Part shown: positions 28,933 through 39,908 of the stretch, in pieces
Position numbering within the stretch: position 1 is the stretch's first letter
Layout: every line of letters starts with the position of its first letter
Assembly: GCA_965262915.1 (NCBI GenBank)
Contig: OZ253564.1
Span: 992,001 to 1,056,000 of the forward strand
Reading direction: 5' to 3'
DNA: 64,000 nt
DNA from: Candidatus Spongiisociaceae bacterium
GTDB taxonomy: Bacteria; Actinomycetota; Acidimicrobiia; Spongiisociales; Spongiisociaceae
The notes under the pieces: generated by a model
The model's input: only the letters and a program-made list of their open reading frames with translations
Database searches by the model: none
What the model was told of the DNA's origin: nothing
Made by a program: the position numbers and the translations under genes

Positions 28933-29044
28933 CTAGGTCTTACCGACCGCAAGTGCCGGCCGCGCTATGCACCGCCGGTGAATGGCCGCTGGTAGATTGC
29001 GCCTCAGCGTTCAAGGGAGATCGAGAATCCGTAGCAGCGTCAAA

Positions 29045-29263
29045 ATGCCGAAGCTTGGAGAGACCGTCGACGAGGTATTGGTCCTTGAGTGGGCTGTCTC
29101 GGTTGGGGACGTGGTGTCGGTGGGCGACACCCTGATGACTGTGGAGACCGACAAGGTCGAAGCCGACCTTCCCTCCCCGGTGGCGGGAACCGTGGTGGAA
29201 TTGCTGGTCGAGGTCGATGACGAGGTACGGGTAGGCGCCCCGGTCTGCACCATCGAGACCTGA
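29045..29263 (+). CDS. Stand-alone lipoyl/biotinyl attachment domain protein
   Basis: MPKLGETV...VETDKVEADLPSPVAG. Confidence 0.85.
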   Translation: MPKLGETVDEVLVLEWAVSVGDVVSVGDTLMTVETDKVEADLPSPVAGTVVELLVEVDDEVRVGAPVCTIET

Positions 29264-29274
29264 GACAGTAGCCT

Positions 29275-29601
29275 ATGGGGAAAACCCCATACGACTGGTG
29301 GAGGTGTTCAGAGGTGGTCCGCAGCTACGAAGACGTCACAGCGGAACGCCGAGCACGGCTCGGCTCCGACGCAGAGTCACAACGCTCCGTGCTCGAGCAG
29401 GCGTACGAGATTGCCATGCAGGTTGTGGAGTTACGTGAGCAGCGCAGCCTCACCCAGGTCCAGCTGGCGGAGCTTTGCGGGATGGATCAGGGCGACATCA
29501 GCAGGATTGAGCGCGGCTCCACCAATCCGACTGCGCGTACCCTCCTGCGCATCGCCGAGGCGTTAGACGCCGATCTCCGGCTGGTGGCCCGAGCGTCCTG
29601 A
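29275..29601 (+). CDS. XRE-family HTH protein (HigA-like orphan antitoxin); start uncertain
   Basis: LREQRSLTQVQLAELCGMDQGDISRIERG..NPT..TL. Confidence 0.8.
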   Translation: MGKTPYDWWRCSEVVRSYEDVTAERRARLGSDAESQRSVLEQAYEIAMQVVELREQRSLTQVQLAELCGMDQGDISRIERGSTNPTARTLLRIAEALDADLRLVARAS

Positions 29602-31668
29602 CCGCCTGGCCATGCTGCTCCCAGCGCCAGGGTGGTGGAAACCGGGTGGAGCCGTCCAACCTCTTGGACGCCAACCTATCGCCTCCCAGATAACTGAGCG
29701 GTCAAGACTTCGCTCTTCGAGTGGTAGGACGCTGATCGTGTCCGTTCCAGCCGTAGTGGCGGTCGCCACCGATATGGTCGAGAGGTCTTTGCAGGAGCAA
29801 GGTTGTCGATGGCCCGCGCACATTACGTCTGCGGCAGACAGCGATACGAGCTACCCAGGACAGATCGAGCAGGGATACCCCGAGGCCCGAGCGGGACTTG
29901 TCGCCACAGAACCCTGAAGCTATCACAGGGTGCCGTCGTTTCTCCCGCTTCAAGGCAAGACCCACGAGGCGATCTCATCGTCGACAGGTGCCCCTGACTT
30001 GTCATCCTTCGTTGAAGGCTTGGTGTATTCACTGCTCGATCTGGATGTAGTCCTGTCGGCAACCCGAACTAATGTCACACCCGGCCTATACAGTCTTCGA
30101 GATGAGCATCATGACCGCGGGTCAGAATCCGAGCAGCCTTGGCTCCGCGCGCGGCCGGTGGCGGCTGCACAGAGCCGGCATCGTCAACGTGTACCAGTAC
30201 GAGGACGAGGTCTTGCACTTCGGTGGGGGCCGCCTGCTCCTGCGCGGCGTGAACGGTTCGGGCAAGTCAACGGCGATGAACATGCTGCTGCCGTTCCTCC
30301 TCACCACCCGCCAGGCCCGCATCGACGCGGCCGGTGAACAAAGAGGCATCCTCAAGTCGTGGATGCTGAACGGACGCGACGACGCCCAACCCGTTGGCTA
30401 CCTGTGGATCGAATTCGAGCGAGCGGGTCGGTTCCTCGTGTGCGGTTGCGGCATCAAAGCCAACCGGCAGTCCGACACCGTAAGAACCTGGTGGTTCGTC
30501 ACAGAGAAGCGACCGGGCATCGACTTCCCGCTGGTCGAGCGAGGCGGCGTACCGCTGTCGGCTACCCGGCTACGAGCGATCCTCGAGCCTGACGAAGTGT
30601 TCGGCGAGCGCCGTCGCAAGGACTATCGGCGGGTGATCGAACAGCGTCTATTCGGCGGGGCATCGATAAGCCAGCATATACGGTTGATCGACCGGGTACG
30701 CACGCCGCGTGTCGGCGACCGGATCGACGTTGACCTCCCCGCCTACCTCGTCGCTGCTTTACCGCAGCTCTCGGAACAGGCACTCGTGGAGGCGGCATCT
30801 CCGCTCGACGACCTTGAGGAGCACCGGCGGAACGTAGCCGAGTTGGAGAAGACCTCCGTGGCGATACGCGGCCTTCTCGATGTCTATCGCTCGTACTGTC
30901 TGACCGAGCTCCGCCGGTGGGTGACAACCGGGCGCGACCACCTCGATGCCCTCCGCCGGTGTGCCCGCGACGAGAAGGCGACGCATCGTGCCGCCGAGGA
31001 GGCCGCGTCCGAGGTCGAGCGACTCGACAGACTGATCGGCGGCCTTGAGGACGACACGCGGCGCCTCCGCAGCGAGATCGCCGCCCTCGAGGAATCCCGG
31101 GTGTACCGCTCGGGCCAGGAACTCGATGCGCTGCGCGATCTGGTCAGCCATCTCGCCGACCAGCATGAGAGCTCTCTCAGTCGGGTCGCCGGCTGCCGAC
31201 AGCGAGTGGAGACCGAGGCTCAACAGTTGCGCCAGGCACAGAGTCGCAGCCGCGCCGACCTGGGCCAACTCAACGAGAGCCTGGCGAAGGTGTTCGAGTG
31301 GAGCGACCGCACCAGGGTCGGCAGGCGACCGCTCGGGCCGGTTGACGTGCCCGAGTCCGAGCTGGCCGGTATCGCGGCCTCCCAACCAACCGGCGAGTTC
31401 CACACAGCGGATCTGACTCGGCGAATAGCTGCGATGGATGGAGCCATCCTCCGGCGGCAGGCGGATATCGATGACGTGGAATCGGCCCGAGACGACTTCG
31501 ACACAGCAGAACGGCGCCTCGGTAGGGTTGAGTCAGAGCGCAACGCGGCGGAGTCAGTGGCCCGGCGCGCCGCGGAGCGACGGGACGAACGTACCTGTCG
31601 TCTCGCAGCGGTGCGGTGGGAATGGGCTGGCAGTACCCGGTTCTGGGCGCTAGAGGTCCGTCCCCTAG

Positions 31669-33433
31669 CCCCAATTCTTCACGTGTTGGGGGGTTAGGGG
31701 GGTGAGCTGGTTGGGGGTGGGTTAGCCGGCTTGGTTGTTGGCGGGTTGGCCGGTTCTGGGGGTGTTGGGGTGGGTTGGAGGGGGGTGGGGTTGGTGTTCA
31801 GGGCGTGTTCGGGGCGTGGTGGGGTTGAGGTGTCGGGGGTGTGCGGGTGCGGGGGTGGGTTAGATGGTGTGGATTTGTTGGTGGGTGGTTGCGATGAGGG
31901 TGGCGGTGGGCCAGGTGGCTGGTATTCGGAGGGTGGTTTGTCGGCTGTGGCGGGTGATGATGCCTGGTATGTGCCATAGGTTCGGGCGCAGTGTTTTCGG
32001 TTTCGCTCGAGCGAGGGGGTGGTGTTTGGGTAGGGAGAGTTTTTGGAACCAGCGGACCAGGGTGTCGGCGAGGGCGACTATGTGGAGCCAGAGCCGGTTA
32101 GGAGCGTATTTGGTGAATGGGAAACGGTTTCCGCCTTGGTCTTTGACGCGGGCGATGTGGTTCTCGACTCGGGCGTGGGCGCGCATGTCGCGGTCGGATT
32201 CGGGGGCGGGTGGGGGTTGGTCGGTCCAGTGTCCCCAGTAGCGGTAGCCCTCGGAGTCGAACAGGGACCGTTTCGCGCCGGGGTGGCGGGGTTCGCGTCT
32301 GATGACGAGTCGGAGGCCTTTGGGCCATCTGTAGGCTTTGACGTGGTCGGTGAGTTCGATCACATGGGCACGAACCGGCTTAGGTTCCAGATCTTCGGTT
32401 GTGTTGTCGGAGCGGACAGCGTCGGGTCCCACCTCTGGGTTGTCAACCTTGGTCCGGTTGTCTCTGTTGTTGTTTTGGGGTGGGCTGGGTTGGGGAAGGG
32501 CGGGCTGCCAGCGTGGGTCGTCTACGGGGATGTGGCTGAGGGCTTCGGCAATCCCGTCGGATCTTCGAGCAACGAAACTGAACCCGATGTTACGTTTGTG
32601 GCATTCGGTAGCGAACGCGGGTCCCGCGGCAGAGTCGGCCCGGACCCGGATCCGATAAGCCACCCGCTCGGGGTCGTCACCCGGCGAGTGACCCACCCGC
32701 ATCCGCTCAGGCAATGCCTCCACCGCCGCGTCCAGCACGTCGGCCAGGTCAGAAACCTGATTGGGCGCGGCGTTACCTCGCCGCAGCCGAGCAGCGAGCG
32801 GCTCGCCCGTCCAGTCCGCGAAGCAATACATGGGATGGAACCCGTACTTGCGGTTATAAGTCGGCGCGGCGCTCTCCTTGTTCTCCGAATGGACCTCATG
32901 AACCGACGAATCGATATCCAAGATCACCGTCTCGTCCGCCGGATAGTCAGCCCACACCCTCTCCCGGACCCTGGCCATCGCCCCGGCCAGCCTCTCCAAG
33001 GTCCCCTCATCCGCTTGGGTCAGGGTCCGGTACAAAGTCGAGTCCGACGCCACCCGACCGAACAACCCCCGCTGGGAACGCAACGTCTCGATGTCAGTGC
33101 AAGCCTCCCCACCCCCGGCCAACACCAGCATCAAATGAACCAACAACCTGCCCCGATCATGAACCACCCCCGAAGAACCGAACGCTTCCCCCAGCACTTC
33201 GCCCACCCGCATACGATCCGCGAACCGGCCCAACAACCACAACCCCACATGACCTACCTGGCCGCCACCCCCCACCTCGACCCTCAACGCCAAACTGCTG
33301 TTAGCCTTCACCATACGGGTGCCCTCCTGACTGCGACCATGGACGATTACTTCACCGCCCATAATCGCAGGTCAGAAGGGCATTCCCGTGTCAAACCACC
33401 CACCCCCACCACCAACCCCATGAAGAATTGGGG
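31669..33433 (-). mobile_element. IS1380-family element (1765 bp)
   Basis: 13-bp perfect TIR CCCCAATTCTTCA / TGAAGAATTGGGG; CTAG duplicated at 31665-31668 and 33434-33437. Confidence 0.93.
31860..33314 (-). CDS. IS1380-family transposase (intact ORF)
   Basis: VILDIDSS, KESAAPTY..KYGFHP, LRRGNA, VRADSA, RAHARVENHI. Confidence 0.92.
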   Translation of the reverse strand: MVKANSSLALRVEVGGGGQVGHVGLWLLGRFADRMRVGEVLGEAFGSSGVVHDRGRLLVHLMLVLAGGGEACTDIETLRSQRGLFGRVASDSTLYRTLTQADEGTLERLAGAMARVRERVWADYPADETVILDIDSSVHEVHSENKESAAPTYNRKYGFHPMYCFADWTGEPLAARLRRGNAAPNQVSDLADVLDAAVEALPERMRVGHSPGDDPERVAYRIRVRADSAAGPAFATECHKRNIGFSFVARRSDGIAEALSHIPVDDPRWQPALPQPSPPQNNNRDNRTKVDNPEVGPDAVRSDNTTEDLEPKPVRAHVIELTDHVKAYRWPKGLRLVIRREPRHPGAKRSLFDSEGYRYWGHWTDQPPPAPESDRDMRAHARVENHIARVKDQGGNRFPFTKYAPNRLWLHIVALADTLVRWFQKLSLPKHHPLARAKPKTLRPNLWHIPGIITRHSRQTTLRIPATWPTATLIATTHQQIHTI

Positions 33434-35976
33434 CTAGTAAGCGAGGCCGGCGTGGAGGCGCCGACGCTGATCGCCTGGACAGATGATCGCCTCGACGAAG
33501 ACGCGCCCCTCCCCAGCGACCATGAGGACGAACACGCCCGCCTGCTCTCCGAGATGGACAAACTCGCCGAACACTGGCAAGCGGCCGTGGCAGAGATCGA
33601 TCAGCGAATGTCGGTGCAACGGGCGGCCGTTGAAGAGGCGCAAGCGCTCGTTGCCGAACTGATGGGTCGGACCCGGCTCGATCCGCTCCGCCTCGGCTGG
33701 CAGATCGCAGGAGAGTACTGCCTGGCCGATCTCCTCGACTTCGCGCCGAACCTCGACGACGCCGTGCAGGCCGGCATTGAGGCTGCCCTCGAGTCCTCCG
33801 GGCTACTGTCGGCGCGACTGATCGATAACACCACCGCCGAACTGGCGAGCGGAGAGTTGGTCGCCATCGTGGCCGGCGGCGTACCGAGCCCGCTGAGCGA
33901 CTACCTCACGGTGCAGGTTCCTGATCGGCTCGTCGGCGAGGTCGACGAGGGTTTGGTCGCGAAACTACTCGACTCGATCTCGTGGGACATCCGGACCGAC
34001 GCCGCCAACGTCATAGCCCCGGACGGAAGCTTCCGGTTGGGGTCGTTGCGTGGTCGGCACTCCAAGCCGCGAGCGGGGTTTATCGGCCCGACCGCCCGTC
34101 TCGCAGCGCTCGATCGCGCCCGGATCGAAGCGACCGAACGCTTGACCCAGGCCTGCTCGCTTGTGGCCGGCAGTGAGGCCGAGTTAGCCGAACACAAGTC
34201 GACACTCGGCAAGGTCAGCCAGCACCGATCGATTCTCCCTACCACCGGCGGGATCATCCGAGCGGAGGCCGAAGCCGAGGCCTCCTATGTGGATTCGGCC
34301 AATGCCGACGCTGAGAAGGCCGAGGCGCTCGAGCGACTCGCCGCGGCGGACAGGGCTTCGGCCGGTGCGTGGGACGCGCTCCGGCGGGTGGCGATGACCC
34401 TCTCGCTTCCCACCGACCCCAAGGGTCTCGACGCGGTATGCGGTGAACTGCGCGAGTTGCGGTCGGTTCTGGAAAGGTGCTGTTCATATCTCGACGTTGT
34501 GAAACGATCGGTGCACCACTGGCGCAGCGCAGCCGGGCGCTGGGGGGCGGCCACCGACGATCTCGACGCAGAACGAGTCGCCCTGGGCGATGTGGAGACC
34601 AGGCTAGAGCGTGAACGAGTCCGTCTCGCAACTATCGAGAAGAGCATCGGAAGGGACTACGCGGTTGTTGTCAGCGAACGCGACCGGCGCAAGAAAGATC
34701 TGGAGGAATTGGAGGCCCGCCTGCCCACGACCCGCGGCAAGCGTGACCTGGCTGTCGATCTGCGTGCGGAGTCGCAAGCCGCGGCGAGTATCGCTACCAC
34801 CAAGCGAGTGGGTGCCGAGCGACGATGCGATGAAATGCGGTCGTCGCTGACCGGGGTACTGGCGACACCGGGACTGCTCGACAGCCTTGGCGACCCGGTT
34901 GCACCGGCCGGGCGGATCGTTGCTCGATCCGCCGGTTCCGACGGACTGCGCGAGGTGCTCCTGGCTGTTGAGCGTGTCCTACCCGACGGTCCGGCCGAGC
35001 CCACCAGTGCCGCCGGCGTTCGTCAATCGCTGATGCGGCGGCGGGACACCCTTGGGGCGGGCTGGGACGCCGAAGCCCGCCGGCCCGATCCGACGCTGCC
35101 GCTCCTCATCGAGGTAACCGGTCCGCTGGGCAAGGCGCCGCTGGCGGATTCGGTGCGGGTTGTCTCACAACAGCACCAGCAACTGTCGAGTCTGCTCGAT
35201 CGTAAGCAGAGCGACGCGTTGCGCGGGCTGCTACAGGGCATGATCGCACGCGAGATCGCCGAGAAGATCCACGGCGCGGGGCGCTTGGTGGAACTGATGA
35301 ACAAGCGGCTCCGTCCTGTTACGACCGCTCATCAGGTCGGGGTACGGTTGCGGTGGCGACGATCCCCCGAACTCGACCAGACCACTGCTCGCATGGTCGA
35401 TCTGCTATCCAAACGGCCCGACCTGCGGACCGAAGAGGAGGAGATCGAACTACGCCGAGCACTCTCGGAGCGTCTGGACGAAGCCCGGGTGCTGGAACCC
35501 GATGTTCCGTACCGGCAGCTCATCGCGGACACCCTCGATTACAAGGGGTGGCATGACATGTCGGTCATGGTGAGACGTTCGGGCAGCAGGGAGACGAAGC
35601 TCGGCCGCAGGACACCGCTGTCGGAGGGCGAGAAGAAACTGGTAACCTATCTCCCGCTCTTCGCGGCCGTAGCTGCGTCATACGACGCGCTGGCCGAGCA
35701 GCACAGCACCCCCGAAGGTTCACCGCCCGGTATCGCCAGATTCATCCTCCTGGACGACGCGTTTGCCAAGGTGTCGGAGGACAACCACGCGGCTCTGTTC
35801 GGGTTGCTCGTCGAACTCGATCTCGACCTGGTGGCGACCAGCGAGCGACTGTGGGGCACGCATCCGGAGGTGCCGGAACTGGCGATCACCGAGGTAGTGC
35901 GTGATGCGGCGCTGGGAGTGATCCTGCTGGATCACTACCGCTGGCAGGGCGGCGCTCTCCAACTGGTACGAGCGTC

Positions 35977-37554
35977 TTGACGGGGAAGCTGAACGATGCC
36001 GGAACTGGCGGCCTCCCGGGTTCCGGCGGCGATGCAGCCCGGGCCCGGCAGCTGTTTCGGTATCTGGGGGGTGAGGAGTGGCGGGAGTACCGGGTGATCG
36101 TCGGGGTCTTCGCCGGTACGTTCTTCATGGAGTTCACACCGGACGAGGTTGCGGCCGAGCCCACCGTTGTCGCCGCCGGCGTCGATCCGGCGGTGGTTCC
36201 GGACAGGTTGGAAAGCCTCCGCCGGTGGGGGAACCTTACGGTGTCATCCTCGGTCGGTAACCCCTCCAGTCTCGACGACTATTACCGGAGACGCAACCGA
36301 TACCTGATCACCCGGGCCGGTCAAGAGGTATACGACCTTACCGAACGCGTGCTGACCGGAATCGACGAGATCGCCGACGTTCAGGCGGGCCGCCTTCGCG
36401 ACCTGCACCGCGCCCTGAGTGAACTGGGAGACCATGGCGATACGGGATTCGAATACGTGGAGAGCGAGATTCTCGCCGACCGGGTGCGCACAGTGTTCGA
36501 TGTCCACGAGCGGTTCACTACCGAACTAACGCAGTTCTTCGCCGAACTGAACCTATGGCAGAGCCGCTACGACCTCAACGCCGATGAGGTCCAGCTCTTT
36601 GCCGGGGTTCTCGTTACCTACGTTTCCGAACAACTCCGGGAGATCGAACGCATGGTACGGCCCATCTCCATCAGCCTCGAGCGGATCCTTCCCCGGCTCG
36701 CTTCCCTGCTCCCTGCTCTGCAAAGTGGCCTGGCGATTCGTGTGGACCATGCCGGCCTCGCCGATACGGTGAGCGTGCGGAGGTTGCCAGGGACGACCAC
36801 CGAGGACTGGGAGCGTCTGGCGGCGTGGTTCGTCACCGGTTCGGGACGGGCGTCACGGCTGGATCAACTCACCCACCAGGCGGTGGCTGCGGTGCGTACC
36901 CTCACCGCCAACGTGACCCGCCTGTCGCGCGTCGGGCTCGGGGCGATATCAAGGCGCGCCGACTTCGTACGGCTCGCCCGCTTCTTCGACCAGGCTGCTT
37001 CGATCCGGGAGACACACCAGATCGCCGCCGCTGCGTTCGGGCTCGGCTCGTGCCGCCGCCTAGCAATGCTGTCCAGCGACGCCGACGACCCGGCGCCCAC
37101 CGTCACGCCTTGGCGCGATGCTCCCCGCGCCGTCGTCCCGATACCGCTCCGAATCCGCGGCGACACCGGTCAGCGGGGGCGGGCGACACCGATTCGTGAC
37201 CGGCGGCGAGAGCGCGATCTGCTGCGCCGTCGTCGCGAGCTGGACCGGGCCGCACGCGAGACGGCCGCCTCCGGACTCCTGGCGTGTGCTGGCGAGGATG
37301 GCTGGATAGCCGGCGCGTCGATGTCGGTCGCCTCCTTCTCGATGCTGCGCGACCTCATCAGCCGATCCGGATTCGGGACCGGGGTAGGGGCGGGTGTGCG
37401 CAGTGCCACCCATCTCGGGGTCCGCTGCGAAGTTCGTCGGGTCGCCGGCGCGGAAACGGCTGTCGACTGTCCTGAGGGGCGGTTCGTGATGAGGGACCTG
37501 GTCGTTACGGTTTCGGCCGACGACCAGCCCGATCGTGCCGGAGCCTCGACTTGA
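35977..37554 (+). CDS. jetA: Wadjet type II JetA (TIGR02677 / DUF2397)
   Basis: LFRYL...EYRVI, RLESLRRWGNL, DYYRRRNRYLIT.AG, SRRADF..LARFF, AAFGL...R, W.DAP. Confidence 0.85.
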   Translation: MTGKLNDAGTGGLPGSGGDAARARQLFRYLGGEEWREYRVIVGVFAGTFFMEFTPDEVAAEPTVVAAGVDPAVVPDRLESLRRWGNLTVSSSVGNPSSLDDYYRRRNRYLITRAGQEVYDLTERVLTGIDEIADVQAGRLRDLHRALSELGDHGDTGFEYVESEILADRVRTVFDVHERFTTELTQFFAELNLWQSRYDLNADEVQLFAGVLVTYVSEQLREIERMVRPISISLERILPRLASLLPALQSGLAIRVDHAGLADTVSVRRLPGTTTEDWERLAAWFVTGSGRASRLDQLTHQAVAAVRTLTANVTRLSRVGLGAISRRADFVRLARFFDQAASIRETHQIAAAAFGLGSCRRLAMLSSDADDPAPTVTPWRDAPRAVVPIPLRIRGDTGQRGRATPIRDRRRERDLLRRRRELDRAARETAASGLLACAGEDGWIAGASMSVASFSMLRDLISRSGFGTGVGAGVRSATHLGVRCEVRRVAGAETAVDCPEGRFVMRDLVVTVSADDQPDRAGAST

Positions 37555-38672
37555 CCGGAGCACACGCGGTTCGCGCTGCGGCCCGCCACCTCGTTGCCCA
37601 GCCGCTGGTACTCGGCGAGCGCGATCCCGAGACCTTCCGCCGCATCCGGCGGCACGAGCACACGTTGGACCGCTGGTTCACCCAGCGCTTCGGGTACCGG
37701 CTGCAGGTCACCGCCGATACGGCCCGCCTGTTCAAATCAGCGGTTGTAGCCGGACGGCGCCCGCTCCGTACGGCAACCCGGCAGAGCCGGCCGTTCTCGC
37801 AACGTGAATACACCATGCTCGCCCTCACCCTGGCGGCAGTTGCAGCGGGACCGGACGTGATCAGCCTTCGTCTTCTCGTACATAAGATCCGCTCCATGGC
37901 GACGGACGCCGGTGTGATCCTCACCGGAGAGGCGGCTGACCGCCGTGCTCTGATCACATCGCTGAGATGGATGATCCGAAACGGCATAGCGACCGAGATG
38001 CACGACCGTGTAGACCGCTACATCACCGACGATTCAGCGGATGCGGTGCTACGTATCCGTCCGGACCGGGTAGCGCTCCTGCCCCTTCCGGTGCTGTCAC
38101 GGTCGGAGATGGTGGGGGAGTTGCTCAACCGCTCCGATAGCAGACGGTCGTCACGGGCGTGGATGCGATCCATCCTCCTGGAAGAGCCCGTGCTGTACCG
38201 CACGGACCTCACCGACCGAGAGTGGGCGGAACTCCGACGACGGCTGGGCGAGGAGTCGGCGATCTTCGACGAGATGTTCGGGATGGAGATCGAGGCCCGC
38301 GCCGAGGGTCTCATGGTGATCGATCCCGACGGCGGTTCGACAGACAGCTGCTTTCCGCGCGGCGGCACCGTCGGCCATGCGGCGCTCCTGCTCATTGATC
38401 TGCTCCTGAAGATGGACCGGAGTTCGTTCGAGCGAGGCGAGGTTGTCGATGCGGTCTCGGGCCTGGTCGACGAGTATCGCCGGTACTGGTCAAAACTGGC
38501 CGACCATCGGGATCGTCTCACCGAAGCAGTGCTCGAGTTGCTCCAGGATCACCGTCTCGCAGAGGTCACCGGAGACGGTGTGCGTATCCTTCCCGCTGCC
38601 TGGCGCTACTCCGTAGCGATCGAATACGAGCAGGACAAAGAGGCCTCTACCGACCAGATGGCGCTTCTGTGA
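37551..38672 (+). CDS. jetB: Wadjet type II JetB (TIGR02678 / DUF2398)
   Basis: AARHLVAQPL, WFTQRFGYRL...ARLFK, LLEEPVLYRTDL, GMEIEARAEG, FPRGGT, ILPAAWRY. Confidence 0.85.
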   Translation: MTGAHAVRAAARHLVAQPLVLGERDPETFRRIRRHEHTLDRWFTQRFGYRLQVTADTARLFKSAVVAGRRPLRTATRQSRPFSQREYTMLALTLAAVAAGPDVISLRLLVHKIRSMATDAGVILTGEAADRRALITSLRWMIRNGIATEMHDRVDRYITDDSADAVLRIRPDRVALLPLPVLSRSEMVGELLNRSDSRRSSRAWMRSILLEEPVLYRTDLTDREWAELRRRLGEESAIFDEMFGMEIEARAEGLMVIDPDGGSTDSCFPRGGTVGHAALLLIDLLLKMDRSSFERGEVVDAVSGLVDEYRRYWSKLADHRDRLTEAVLELLQDHRLAEVTGDGVRILPAAWRYSVAIEYEQDKEASTDQMALL

Positions 38673-39904
38673 AGGATCGCCGCGTTCCCGACTCGCTCCT
38701 GGATCCGGGCCTCGCGCAGGTATGGGAGGCGGTTCGTCGACAGCTAGACCGCTTCGGAAGTCGGCGGCGCGGCTCAATCGCTCGACCCGATCTAGACCCG
38801 AGCAATAACCTCACCCTTCGGTCACTGCTCGGACACAAGCCGACCAGTCGGCTCGACCTTGCAGAACTTGAGGAGGCGCTCGTAAGGCTCAACATCGGCG
38901 AGAACCTGTCTGATGCACTAACCTGTCTCGGTCACCCACCATCCGAAGATGCGGCGCGGCGGCGTGCCGCACGGTTGCGCTCGCGGGAGGCCCGAGACAC
39001 GTTGAGCCGTGGGGTCGTGCTCTGGGACGAGCCATGGGTACCTCAATGGGCCGACGAGATGGTCCGCACCAGAGTGATCGGAGACCTCGACAGTCAAGGC
39101 GTCGAAGATTTGATGGCCGATGTGCGGCGTTTTCTCGATTATCTTGGCTGCATCGAGCTGTCGGGTATCAGCCGAACCGAACTCGCCGCGACCCTCTTCG
39201 GGTCCGCCCATGCTCTTGACGTAGGGACGAAGCGAGCGGCGGCCATAACTCAAGCGCTGCGCTACCGGGAAGAAGGAGGCTTCCAGCTCGAACGCCGAGC
39301 TCTGTGGGGGGTGGCCGGCATCCTGCCGCTCCGCGTGTCAGCACCGGTGCTCACCTGGCATTTGCCGGCCGCGGGCGGAACAGTCCTCGGCGAGCTGACC
39401 CGGTCGGCGTCCGCCGGAGGGCTCCCGCTCCATATAAGCCTGTTCGCCCTACAGAGGTATCCCATCACCGTTCCGCAACAGACACAGGTCCTCGTCGTCG
39501 AGAACCCGCGGCTCGTCGAAGCCGCCGCCGAACGTAGGCTGCCAAGCTGTGTCATCACGTCGAATGGGAATCCCACCAAAGCGGTTATGACACTGTTGCA
39601 ACAATTGCGCGAGTCGGGGGCGTCGATCTGGTATCACGGTGACTTCGATGCGGCCGGAATAGACATCTGCAGCCGAATGTACAAAGGTGGCGCCACGCCG
39701 TGGATGATGGACGCTTCGGACTACGAAGATGCCATCGATCTGGCCGAACAAGAGGGTACACGACTCGAGCGCGATCCCGACGATTGCGGATCCACACCTT
39801 GGGATCCCGAGTTACGAGCCGTCTTCAGGAGCCACCAACGCGTCATCCACGAGGAGTTCGTCCTCGACATCGTTCTCGACAGGTTCAGTAAGGAGCGGCG
39901 GTAG
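38669..39904 (+). CDS. jetD: Wadjet type II JetD (TIGR02679 / DUF2399, TOPRIM nuclease)
   Basis: GSAHALD, VLVVENP, TSNGNP, YHGDFDAAGI.I, TPWDPEL, IHEE. Confidence 0.88.
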   Translation: MKDRRVPDSLLDPGLAQVWEAVRRQLDRFGSRRRGSIARPDLDPSNNLTLRSLLGHKPTSRLDLAELEEALVRLNIGENLSDALTCLGHPPSEDAARRRAARLRSREARDTLSRGVVLWDEPWVPQWADEMVRTRVIGDLDSQGVEDLMADVRRFLDYLGCIELSGISRTELAATLFGSAHALDVGTKRAAAITQALRYREEGGFQLERRALWGVAGILPLRVSAPVLTWHLPAAGGTVLGELTRSASAGGLPLHISLFALQRYPITVPQQTQVLVVENPRLVEAAAERRLPSCVITSNGNPTKAVMTLLQQLRESGASIWYHGDFDAAGIDICSRMYKGGATPWMMDASDYEDAIDLAEQEGTRLERDPDDCGSTPWDPELRAVFRSHQRVIHEEFVLDIVLDRFSKERR

Positions 39905-39908
39905 CCCG

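Larger units (their letters stand above)
30102..35980 (+). pseudogene. jetC: Wadjet type II JetC (TIGR02680-type SMC-like ATPase), interrupted by IS1380
   Basis: RAGIVNVYQY, GRLLLRGVNGSGKST, coiled coils, LSEGEK, FILLDDAF; removing the IS and one CTAG restores EVRPL-VSEAG in frame (~1370 aa). Confidence 0.88.

Noticed and set aside
29602-30070. Possible small element (ATCGCCTC...GAGGCGAT) or gene upstream of jetC
   Set aside because: An 8-bp inverted match is expected by chance; no target duplication or recognisable ORF.
32043-33437. 464-aa ORF antisense to the IS1380 transposase
   Set aside because: Shadow ORF of a high-GC gene with no motifs; the same applies to 13234-14463, 44793-45773, 48100-49023 and 60493-61842.
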